Source: a bacterium (GTDB lineage: Bacteria > Bacillota_I > Bacilli_A > Izemoplasmatales > UBA1188). Taken from it: a stretch of DNA of 64,000 nt. Location of the stretch: assembly GCA_017960565.1 (NCBI GenBank), contig JAGCYY010000009.1, positions 70,874 to 134,873 on the forward strand. The letters are read 5' to 3'. The notes beneath the pieces are model-generated. The model had not been told where the DNA came from and did not search any database. It saw only the letters and a program-made list of their open reading frames with translations. This document shows, piece by piece, positions 46,473-54,547 of the stretch (within the stretch, counting starts at the first letter, position 1; each line of letters starts with the position of its first letter). A program made the position numbers and the translations under genes.

Positions 46473-47009
46473 TTAGTTTTCTATTTTATTTTTATATAAA
46501 TTATCTATTTCAATCGCTAATTCTTCTACTGTTAGATCATTAGAATTTAAAATATATGATACTCCATCAATGTTTTTTCTATTAAACACTAAATGATCAC
46601 CAGTTAGTCTCTCATTAATTTTTATTATATTGTCTCCACGTTTTATCATTCTTTCTTTTCTTATTTCATCTCTTGTATCAAGGTAAAATGAGATAATGTT
46701 TTTCATATGAGAATTCTTATATGCCATAAAACCTGATGGTTCTAATATTACTACTTTTTCATCAGTAATATCTTTTTTCAATGTTCCATAATAATTTGAA
46801 TTATATATAACGTATTCAAAAAATTCATTTTTATTCATACGATTAATGAATTCTTCTTTTGAAATAAAATTGTAGTCAATTCCTTCTTTTTCAGCAATTC
46901 TTTTTTCTCTTGTCGTATATGTCACAAGTTTTGTATATCCCATATTTAGTACTAAATATTTACATACTTCAGTTTTGCCGCTTGCAGAAGGGCCTATTAA
47001 GATAATCAT
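46473..47009 (-). CDS. Guanylate-kinase-family protein
   Basis: P-loop GPSASGKTE and TTREKRIAEKEGIDYNFISKEEF (the TTR..R.GE..G.DY.F pattern). 178 aa. Confidence 0.7.
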   Translation of the reverse strand: MIILIGPSASGKTEVCKYLVLNMGYTKLVTYTTREKRIAEKEGIDYNFISKEEFINRMNKNEFFEYVIYNSNYYGTLKKDITDEKVVILEPSGFMAYKNSHMKNIISFYLDTRDEIRKERMIKRGDNIIKINERLTGDHLVFNRKNIDGVSYILNSNDLTVEELAIEIDNLYKNKIEN

Positions 47010-47012
47010 ATC

Positions 47013-47642
47013 TTATATAAAACCTCTATTTTTTATATATGGGTTATTTGTAAGTTCATCTTTTAATGTTGTGTTTGTATAGTGTCCAGGATAGATGATG
47101 GTTTTCTTTGAAAAAGATTTAGAGATAAATTTTAGTGATTCATTCATCTCTTTATTATTTCCGGTTGGAAGATCGCATCTTCCGATTGAACCTTTAAAGA
47201 GAGTATCACCTGAAAAGATTACATCATTTATTTTTATAATTGAACTACCTTTGGTGTGACCTTTTGTATTATAGAATGTAAAATCTGATATATTTTCAAT
47301 ATCATTATTGATCTTGATAATATTTAAATCTTTTTTATATTGTTTAGAAATGTTTAGAAACATACCACAGTTTAGCGAAGGATCATATATCATATCGTAA
47401 TCGTGATAATTTATATAAATAGGGCAATTATTATTTGAGATAGATAATTTATCCATATCACCTGTATGATCAAGATGAGCATGAGTTAAAAATATTCTAG
47501 ATATTAATAATTTTTCATCTTTTAAGAGCTTTTGAATTTTGTCCGTATTAAAACCAGGATCGATGATAGTAACATCTTCTCCCCTAATAACAATATAACA
47601 ATTTTCATCATAAATAGGATCTGTAAGCCTTAGTATTCTCAT
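47013..47642 (-). CDS. MBL-fold metallo-hydrolase (glyoxalase II-like)
   Basis: HxHxDH motif LTHAHLDHTGD, later GHTKGS and GRCDLP. ATG at 47642 (MRILRL) is preferred; the ORF-track TTG start lies inside the rpmG terminator hairpin. Confidence 0.85.
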   Translation of the reverse strand: MRILRLTDPIYDENCYIVIRGEDVTIIDPGFNTDKIQKLLKDEKLLISRIFLTHAHLDHTGDMDKLSISNNNCPIYINYHDYDMIYDPSLNCGMFLNISKQYKKDLNIIKINNDIENISDFTFYNTKGHTKGSSIIKINDVIFSGDTLFKGSIGRCDLPTGNNKEMNESLKFISKSFSKKTIIYPGHYTNTTLKDELTNNPYIKNRGFI

Positions 47643-47663
47643 AACTAGATTATACAATAAAAA

Positions 47664-47690
47664 TAAAAAAAACTTCAAATTGAAGTTTTG
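47664..47690 (-). terminator. Rho-independent terminator after rpmG
   Basis: Minus strand reads aaaacttcaa/tt/tgaagtttt followed by TTTTTTTTATTTTT. Confidence 0.8.
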
Positions 47691-47692
47691 TT

Positions 47693-47851
47693 TTATTTCT
47701 TTTCTTTGTTGACAGTCTTCTTATTGCAAACTTTACAGTATTTTAAAACTTCCATTTTTTCTGAATGTAATTTTTTGTTTCTTGTGCCGTTGTAGTTTTC
47801 ACTGCCACATTCACTGCATTTTAATACGAAACTTAATCTTCCGTCAGCCAT
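47693..47851 (-). CDS. rpmG: 50S ribosomal protein L33
   Basis: Missed by the ORF track (52 aa). Translation: MADGRLSFVLKCSECGSENYNGTRNKKLHSEKMEVLKYCKVCNKKTVNKEKK, with the CxxC...CxxC zinc ribbon and L33 pattern. GGAGG RBS upstream. Confidence 0.93.
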   Translation of the reverse strand: MADGRLSFVLKCSECGSENYNGTRNKKLHSEKMEVLKYCKVCNKKTVNKEKK

Positions 47852-48233
47852 TTAACATCTGCCTCCATATTTATTCCATTAAGAATAATAACATTTTTTT
47901 ATTTATAAATCAAGTTTTAATTTGCGTTTTAAATTATATTTAAAATATATTGTTTAAAATTGTAATTTATATTATTTTATGATAAAAATATAAATAATGA
48001 GGCTTTTTATAGAAGAAATATTGTGAAGAAAAAAAGGGGAAGAAAAAGAAAATACTGCTATATTACAAAAGATATGGATGGAAAGATAGTCTTATTAGCA
48101 CACGAAGTCGGAAGTTTTTATTGTGATAAGAATGGAAATACGTATCAAAATATTGGTGGGAATGAATTTATAAAAATATAATATTTATCTTTTCAATTTA
48201 AACCATATAGTTTAACAGTGGTATAATAAAGGT

Positions 48234-49277
48234 ATGATGAGAAAAAACACTAAAGAAATTAAAATCGGAAATAAATATATAGGTGGTTCTAACAAGATAT
48301 TGATTCAATCAATGTCCACTTTTCTTCCGAGTGAATTTGACGAATGTACAAATGAAATCGAAAGACTGATAAATGCTGGATGCGATATTGTTAGAGTTGC
48401 CGTAAAAACACTTGAAGATGCTAAATATATTAAAAAATTAAAAGAGAGATTTGATGTTATAATTGTTGCGGATATACATTTCAATTATGAACTAGGAATT
48501 GAAGCTATTAAATCAGATGTCGATAAAATTAGATTCAATCCAGGAAATATTGGCAGTGATGAAAAACTACAAGCTTTGATTGAAAAATGCATTGAATATG
48601 ATGTTCCTGTAAGGATTGGAGTAAATTCTGGCAGCATTGAAAAAGATATCGATAGTCTTGACATATCTACTGTAGAAAAATGTGTAATGAGTCTTGATAA
48701 ATATATTAAAAAAGTTGAGAATTTAGGGCTTAAGAATATAGTTCTTTCTCTTAAATTATCTGATACTCTTGACACGATCGAAGCTTATGAAAAGATATCA
48801 AAAATGTATGATTATCCACTACATATAGGTTTAACAGAATCTGGAATTGGTGATAATGCACTTATCAAATCTTCTATTGCACTTGGTACATTATTAAGAG
48901 AAGGTATAGGCGATACAATAAGAGTATCACTTACCGGTGATCCTGTTAGAGAAGTATATGCTGCAAAAAGTATATTAAAAAGCTTAAAACTTATAAAATC
49001 TCCTGATTTAATCAGTTGTCCAACTTGTGGTAGAACTGAAGTTGATCTTGAAAAATATGCTTTAGAAATTGACGAATTTTTAAAAAATATCAATAAAGAT
49101 ATTAAAGTCGCTGTAATGGGGTGTCTTGTGAATGGCCCTGGCGAGGCAAAAGATGCTGATATGGGCGTTGCCTTTATTAAAACTCAAGGTGTTTTATTCA
49201 AAAAAGGTGTCGTTGTATATAAAGGTACTCCTGATCTTGCAATTCAAGAACTTAAAAAAGCTATATTAGAATTTTAA
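48234..49277 (+). CDS. ispG: 4-hydroxy-3-methylbut-2-en-1-yl diphosphate synthase (MEP pathway)
   Basis: IspG/GcpE pattern: IGGSNKILIQSMS, ADIHFNY, and [4Fe-4S] ligand regions SCPTCGRTEVDL and GCLVNGPGE. Confidence 0.93.
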   Translation: MMRKNTKEIKIGNKYIGGSNKILIQSMSTFLPSEFDECTNEIERLINAGCDIVRVAVKTLEDAKYIKKLKERFDVIIVADIHFNYELGIEAIKSDVDKIRFNPGNIGSDEKLQALIEKCIEYDVPVRIGVNSGSIEKDIDSLDISTVEKCVMSLDKYIKKVENLGLKNIVLSLKLSDTLDTIEAYEKISKMYDYPLHIGLTESGIGDNALIKSSIALGTLLREGIGDTIRVSLTGDPVREVYAAKSILKSLKLIKSPDLISCPTCGRTEVDLEKYALEIDEFLKNINKDIKVAVMGCLVNGPGEAKDADMGVAFIKTQGVLFKKGVVVYKGTPDLAIQELKKAILEF

Positions 49278-49282
49278 ATAAA

Positions 49283-49311
49283 AAAAATCGGATTCTTAAT
49301 GAATTCCGATT
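49283..49311. terminator. Bidirectional terminator between ispG and rplT
   Basis: aaaaatcggattc/ttaat/gaattccgattttt (one bulged T). Confidence 0.75.
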
Positions 49312-49329
49312 TTTAATTATCAATAATGA

Positions 49330-49686
49330 TTAGCTTAATTGTGCTTTAGCTTGGTCACAAATAGCAGCAAATCCACTTAAATCTGCAACAGCAATTTCAG
49401 CAAGAACCTTACGGTTGATGTTGATGTTTGCAAGTTTTAGACCATGCATTAATTGTGAATAAGATAAATCATTCATTCTAGCAGCTGCATTGATTCTTTG
49501 AATCCAAAGCTTTCTGAAGTTGCTCTTGTTCTTTCTTCTATCATTGTATGCATATTTTCCACTATGCATAACTTGTTCATGAGCACTCTTATATAAACAA
49601 TGTTTACCACCGAAGTAGCCCTTTGCAAGTTTTAAGACTTTTAAATGTCTTTGATGATTAGTTTTACCAGTTTTTACTCTTGCCAT
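49330..49686 (-). CDS. rplT: 50S ribosomal protein L20
   Basis: [26 protein letters not shown]... 118 aa. Confidence 0.97.
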   Translation of the reverse strand: MARVKTGKTNHQRHLKVLKLAKGYFGGKHCLYKSAHEQVMHSGKYAYNDRRKNKSNFRKLWIQRINAAARMNDLSYSQLMHGLKLANININRKVLAEIAVADLSGFAAICDQAKAQLS

Positions 49687-49698
49687 TGTTTATTCCTC

Positions 49699-49896
49699 CT
49701 ATAAATATGGAGCTTGACGTCTAATACCTTTAGCATCAGATGTGCAAACTACCTTATCGCTTCTAAGTGATCTTTTAACAGAAGCTTTTTTGTGACTGTG
49801 TAGGTGGTCTCTATAAGCTTGGCCTCTAATAACTTTGCCAGTAGCTGTAACTTTGAATCTCTTCTTAGTTCCACCATGTGATTTCATTTTTGGCAT
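49699..49896 (-). CDS. rpmI: 50S ribosomal protein L35
   Basis: MPKMKSHGGTKKRFKVTATGKV... 65 aa. Confidence 0.97.
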   Translation of the reverse strand: MPKMKSHGGTKKRFKVTATGKVIRGQAYRDHLHSHKKASVKRSLRSDKVVCTSDAKGIRRQAPYL

Positions 49897-49916
49897 ATTT
49901 ATATATTCTCCTTTAT

Positions 49917-50468
49917 TTATTTTTTCTTTTTGAGTGGCGAAATCATTAATGATACTGTATTTCCATCTAAGACAGCTTTTTTACCATCTGTTGTAGAAAT
50001 TTCAGAAAGTTTTTCTGCAAAATCATTAACATTATTTATTGCTTGATCAAGTAATGGCATATATCTTCTAAACATTCTTATTGTGACTTTAACTTTGTTT
50101 CCTTGATTGATAAACTTGGTTGCTTGAGATAATTTAGTGTTGAAGTCGTGTTCCATAATAACTGGAGATAATTGAACTTCTTTAACCTCAATAGTCTTTT
50201 GGTTTTTGATTGCTTCTTTCTCTTTTTTAAGCGAATCATATTTAAATTTAGGATAGTCTAGAATTTTACATACTGGAGGATTAGCTTGTGGAGCAACACA
50301 AACTAAATCTAAATCCCTTTTATATGCTTCGTCTAAAGCTTTATCGATATCGATGGTGCCAAGACTTTGTCCGTTTTCTAAAATAACCATTACTTTAGGG
50401 AATTTAATGTTTTCGTTTACTAAATATTTTTCTTTCTTTACTGGTTTTTGAATGTAAGCGTACTTAAT
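49917..50468 (-). CDS. infC: Translation initiation factor IF-3, probably with a non-AUG (AUU) start
   Basis: IF-3 N- and C-domain pattern (LDLVCVAPQANPPVCKILDYPKFKY, EVQLSPVIMEHDFNTK). The ORF-track GTG (50477) is part of the SD AAGAGGTGA. The in-frame ATT at 50468-50466 sits 6 nt after the GGTGA core of that SD. Confidence 0.9.
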   Translation of the reverse strand: MKYAYIQKPVKKEKYLVNENIKFPKVMVILENGQSLGTIDIDKALDEAYKRDLDLVCVAPQANPPVCKILDYPKFKYDSLKKEKEAIKNQKTIEVKEVQLSPVIMEHDFNTKLSQATKFINQGNKVKVTIRMFRRYMPLLDQAINNVNDFAEKLSEISTTDGKKAVLDGNTVSLMISPLKKKK

Positions 50469-50477
50469 GATTTTCAC

Positions 50478-50646
50478 CTCTTAATTTATTTTTGAAAATA
50501 AAAAGTGGACGTAAGTCCACTATTAAACAAGAATAATTATCATTCTAGCTTTTTACCTAGATTCTAAGGGCGATTCTCAGGTGTGAAGTGGACCTTCAAC
50601 TTTCTATTTCCTGTTGTATTTTACTCTTATAGAGTAGTTTTGTCAA
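50478..50646 (-). promoter_or_regulatory. infC-rpmI-rplT promoter plus L20-type transcription-attenuation leader
   Basis: Minus strand: TTGACA (50646-50641), 17 nt, TAAAAT (50623-50618). Terminator AGUGGAC-UUAC-GUCCACU + UUUUAUUUU (50521-50504 and downstream). An identical GUCCACUU copy upstream (50593-50586) can compete for AGUGGAC as an antiterminator. Confidence 0.7.
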
Positions 50647-50655
50647 CAATTATTT

Positions 50656-51588
50656 TTAGGCATTTAAGAGAATTTTTACAAATTCTTCTAAACCTATCTT
50701 ATCTTCTTCACTAAAACGATTGAATATAGGGCTATCAATATCTAAGACACCAATTATTTTATCGTCTTTTATCATTGGAATCACAATTTCACTTTTAGAA
50801 TTTGAATCACATGCGATGTGACCCTTAAATTCTAAAACGTTTGGGACAACTAATGTTTTTTTCATAAATACTGATGTACCACATACACCACTTCCAACTT
50901 TAATTTTTGTGCAAGCTACTTTTCCTTGAAAAGGACCTAGATATAGATAATCATTATCTAATAAATAAAATCCTGCCCAATTTAAATTATCTAATGTGTT
51001 AAATATGAGACTACTTGCATTAGCAAAGTTTGATATATCACATTCAACATCTCTAATTATCTCTTTTAATTCATTGTTTAGTAATTTGTAATCAGTCATT
51101 TTTTTGATTCTCCCAGATTCAATTAATTCTTTTTCAAATTCTTCTTTATGTTTCTTATAAAAGTCTTGGTGGTATTCTTCAGCAATATAAAAAGATTTGA
51201 ATGGTTCAATAGAAATATAAGCTTTTTTATTAAAAAAATTTTCAAGTTCTGCGATTTTCATTGATGCGATATTCTTTTCATATTCATTCTTATAATATAT
51301 CGCAAGAGTATATGAATGACCTCTATCTATGAATTGGCCAAATTCATCAAAAGGATCTACATTTAATAAAAATACATCTAAAAGATCAGGATAAGATATG
51401 ATATTTTCATCAAATGTCACTTTTATAGTTTCTCTATGACCTGTCTTTTGTGATTTAACATCTTCGTATTTTGGATTTTCTTCATCTCCTCCTGAATATC
51501 CAACGACAACATCTTTTACACCAGGAGTTTCTTTAATTGTCATATTGATGCACCAAAAACATCCGCCCGCAAGATATACATCCATCAT
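50656..51588 (-). CDS. msrA: Fusion: peptide-Met (S)-sulfoxide reductase MsrA + GAF-domain free-Met-(R)-sulfoxide reductase (MsrC-like)
   Basis: N-terminal GGCFWC active site and an MsrA core to about aa 160. C-terminal NWAGFYLLDNDYLYLGPFQGKVACTKIKVGSGVCGTS...IACDSNSKSEIVIP matches the YebR/fRMsr GAF pattern. Confidence 0.85.
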   Translation of the reverse strand: MMDVYLAGGCFWCINMTIKETPGVKDVVVGYSGGDEENPKYEDVKSQKTGHRETIKVTFDENIISYPDLLDVFLLNVDPFDEFGQFIDRGHSYTLAIYYKNEYEKNIASMKIAELENFFNKKAYISIEPFKSFYIAEEYHQDFYKKHKEEFEKELIESGRIKKMTDYKLLNNELKEIIRDVECDISNFANASSLIFNTLDNLNWAGFYLLDNDYLYLGPFQGKVACTKIKVGSGVCGTSVFMKKTLVVPNVLEFKGHIACDSNSKSEIVIPMIKDDKIIGVLDIDSPIFNRFSEEDKIGLEEFVKILLNA

Positions 51589-52298
51589 AATTCTTCCTCT
51601 AGTAATTTAATAATATCAGTGAGTTTTTCAACAGTATAATGAGCATTATTTAAATATCCGTGATTTAACATGCTTCCTCTTTCATATAGACATGTATACA
51701 TTCCATATTCTAATGCTCCATAGATGTCTGATGAGAGAGAATCGCCTATCATTAGACATTCATTTGGTTTAATTATATCAGATCTATTTTCATTCAATAA
51801 TTCAAAACATTTTTCAAAATATTCTCTTTTTGGTTTAGAAACACCGATATATTCTGAAGTAAAATAATAATCTATATATCTAGACATTGATGCAAGCTCA
51901 ATTCGATGAGTTTGTTGATCAGTTGGGCCATTCGAGGCAAGACAGACAATATATTTACTTTTAAGATATGATAGAACTTCATAAGCACCTTCAATTGGAA
52001 TAGCGCTTTCTCTTAAGAAAGATCTAAAGTATCTTTCAAATGATTCTCCATCATATGAATAGCCAAGGATTTCAAATACTTTATTCCATCTAATTTTTCT
52101 AAGTGTTAGAAAATCGATTTTGCCATCCTCAATCTGGCGCCAGAGGTTGTTGTTTACATCATGAAAACAATCAGCCATATAAGGTTCGAATTTACCGATA
52201 TTGAATCTCTCAAAGCCATTTTTCATAGCTTCAACAACGTACTCGTTAAAATCAAGTAATGTATTATCTATATCTATAAAAATCGCTTTTAGATTCAT
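51585..52298 (-). CDS. HAD-superfamily hydrolase (YjjG-like nucleotidase subfamily, tentative)
   Basis: Motif I FIDIDNTLLDF and motif IV MIGDSLSSDIYG. Confidence 0.8.
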   Translation of the reverse strand: MNLKAIFIDIDNTLLDFNEYVVEAMKNGFERFNIGKFEPYMADCFHDVNNNLWRQIEDGKIDFLTLRKIRWNKVFEILGYSYDGESFERYFRSFLRESAIPIEGAYEVLSYLKSKYIVCLASNGPTDQQTHRIELASMSRYIDYYFTSEYIGVSKPKREYFEKCFELLNENRSDIIKPNECLMIGDSLSSDIYGALEYGMYTCLYERGSMLNHGYLNNAHYTVEKLTDIIKLLEEEL

Positions 52299-52319
52299 AA
52301 TGTATATTCTCTCCTTTCT

Positions 52320-53480
52320 TTATCTATTATAGGACATTTTAAATATGTCTAATATTTCATCATATCCAAGTTTCATATAACCATCTAAAATTCTCGTTTT
52401 ACCTCTAGTGGTATTATAGGCAAGAGTCTTTAAATCTTCTTCTTTTATGCCAAAATCTTTTATAGATATTGGCATACCTAAAGATTTATAATATTCTTCT
52501 TGAAGATTTATAGCTTTTAAAATATCTTTAGTATTAAATATTTCTTCTGAATATTTTTCCCATCTTTCGATATTTGCTTTATAAACATATCTAGCATAGC
52601 TTGGAAAAAGTGCGGCAAGACCGGCTCCATGAGCTATTTCTGGATACATTCCTGATAGTTCATGTTCCAATTGATGTAGAGTTAGCTGAAAGCTTCTTCC
52701 ACATCCAGTAAGGCCGTTATGGGCAAGCGATGATGCCCACATCATATTACTTCTAGCGGTATAATCGTATGGATTATTATAAGAATCAAGTCCAGCTTTC
52801 ATAGTCGATTTTATGACAGCTAAGGCGATTTCATCAGTTAGATACGTATCTCCTCCAGGGCAAAAGAATCTTTCAATTGTATGCATAGCTATATCGACAG
52901 CACCACAAGCTGTTTGGTATTTGTTTACAGAATATGTTAGTTCAGGATTCATAATCGCAAAATCCATTCTATTTAATTCGCATCCATATCCCCTTTTTTC
53001 ATGCGTTTCTATATTGGTTATTACACATGAATTAGACATTTCTGATCCTGCTGCAGAGATTGTTAAAATGCAGCCTTTTTTAGTTGTGCATTTTGGCATC
53101 TTTTTGCCTATAGAATAATCCCATACGTCATCATCTTTATTCGCAAGACCATTTGCGATATCTTTTGATGAATCTAAAACAGACCCACCACCAACTGCAA
53201 GAATAAAATCTACACCTTCTTTTTTACATAATTCTATTCCTTCTCTAACTAATGATAGTTCAGGATTAGGCTTAACACCACCAAAAAGTACATAATCTAT
53301 AGATTCTTTTTCGAGAGATGTTTTAACTTTTTCTAATAGTCCACTTTTTATTACAGAATTCATTCCATAATGAATAAGCACTTTTTTAGGATTATATTCT
53401 TTGATTATTTTGCCTACTTTTTCCTCTTCATTTTTTCCGAAATATACCTTAGTAGGAGTGTTATAAATAAAATTATTCAT
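52320..53480 (-). CDS. Iron-containing (group III) alcohol dehydrogenase
   Basis: GGGSVLDSSKD NAD(P)-binding motif and metal-binding His cluster HQLEHELSGMYPEIAHGAG. Confidence 0.9.
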   Translation of the reverse strand: MNNFIYNTPTKVYFGKNEEEKVGKIIKEYNPKKVLIHYGMNSVIKSGLLEKVKTSLEKESIDYVLFGGVKPNPELSLVREGIELCKKEGVDFILAVGGGSVLDSSKDIANGLANKDDDVWDYSIGKKMPKCTTKKGCILTISAAGSEMSNSCVITNIETHEKRGYGCELNRMDFAIMNPELTYSVNKYQTACGAVDIAMHTIERFFCPGGDTYLTDEIALAVIKSTMKAGLDSYNNPYDYTARSNMMWASSLAHNGLTGCGRSFQLTLHQLEHELSGMYPEIAHGAGLAALFPSYARYVYKANIERWEKYSEEIFNTKDILKAINLQEEYYKSLGMPISIKDFGIKEEDLKTLAYNTTRGKTRILDGYMKLGYDEILDIFKMSYNR

Positions 53481-53537
53481 ATTTATTTATTTCCTTTATA
53501 TTTATAGTATCTAATACTATTATATTATGTTTTTAAC

Positions 53538-53565
53538 AAAAAAAGGATTTTTTCATCCTTTTTTG
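53538..53565 (-). terminator. Rho-independent terminator
   Basis: aaaaggat/tttttc/atcctttt with flanking A/T runs. Confidence 0.65.
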
Positions 53566-53584
53566 TAAATATATAATTTATAAA

Positions 53585-54157
53585 TTATTCAGAATTTAAT
53601 TCTTTTTCTTTGTTTTGGACTTTCTCAAGTAACTCACTCTTTTTGAAGACTTTACCAAAAATATCATCTAGTAATGGGAATAATACTTCTAATATAAGCT
53701 CAATTCCAAGAAGGATTATATGAGCGTGAGCGTGATGTTCTGTCGGATTGAATATCAACATTACTGAGAAGATGATAACTACAATCGATTCTATAACATT
53801 GACAATTGATATTATTAGACTCTTAGAATTTTCGATAGCTTTTTCTTTTATTTCCCACTCCTCTCTAAGTATTGACCAAGTTGACCAAATAATACATACA
53901 ACCGCAAATTGTTCAGGCTTGTTTAAGAAAAATAGAATTATACCAAGCATGATAATAAGCAGATTATCTAGTGATTTTCCTATTTCTTCTTTAAATTCTT
54001 TTAAAGCTAGTTTTAAAATAGAATCTTCTATTCCATAAAGAAGCATTACTGATCCTACTAAATAGGGAACATATTCTAATAGAGGTTCATTAAAAATTAA
54101 AACTAACACACCAAGTAGTAAATAAAAGGCAAATTTTAAAGGCTTATAAATTTTCAT
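53585..54157 (-). CDS. Hypothetical membrane protein (about 5 TM)
   Basis: Hydrophobic segments throughout, with an HHAHAH cluster near TM5. Family not recognised. Confidence 0.5.
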   Translation of the reverse strand: MKIYKPLKFAFYLLLGVLVLIFNEPLLEYVPYLVGSVMLLYGIEDSILKLALKEFKEEIGKSLDNLLIIMLGIILFFLNKPEQFAVVCIIWSTWSILREEWEIKEKAIENSKSLIISIVNVIESIVVIIFSVMLIFNPTEHHAHAHIILLGIELILEVLFPLLDDIFGKVFKKSELLEKVQNKEKELNSE

Positions 54158-54244
54158 TTTTGACTTATCTCCAATCGTAATTTATACAAAAATATATTTA
54201 GATTTTACATCATTAATCATATCTAAACAATTATTTTTAGATTA

Positions 54245-54291
54245 TTTTATTATCTCTTTTTTCCAATATTTAAATTCTTTTATTATCTCTT
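54245..54291. repeat. 14-bp direct repeat TTTTATTATCTCTT x2, starts 33 bp apart, in a divergent intergenic region
   Basis: Exact copies at 54245-54258 and 54278-54291. Confidence 0.9.
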
Positions 54292-54547
54292 AGATAAAAT
54301 CAATATTCAAAAATTTGTATTATATTTTAATAAATATGGTGTATTTAATACAATTTTTTTATTCTCTCAATCATAGATTTTCATTTTTTTTAATTTTACT
54401 GTGAGTAGAATTATAATTCATTTATTTAGAGAATACATCTAACCTTTTATGAGAGTATATTTTTAAATTCTACTTATAAAATTAAATTGGGTATTTAAAA
54501 ACGCACTCAAATTTCAAAAATATACATATTAAACAGGGGGAATTGGT

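Noticed and set aside
47643-47678. TTG-initiated 12-codon N-terminal extension of the MBL hydrolase (MKFFLFLLYNLV)
   Set aside because: The extension is encoded by the rpmG terminator hairpin and T-run. The conserved MBL N-terminus begins at MRILRL.
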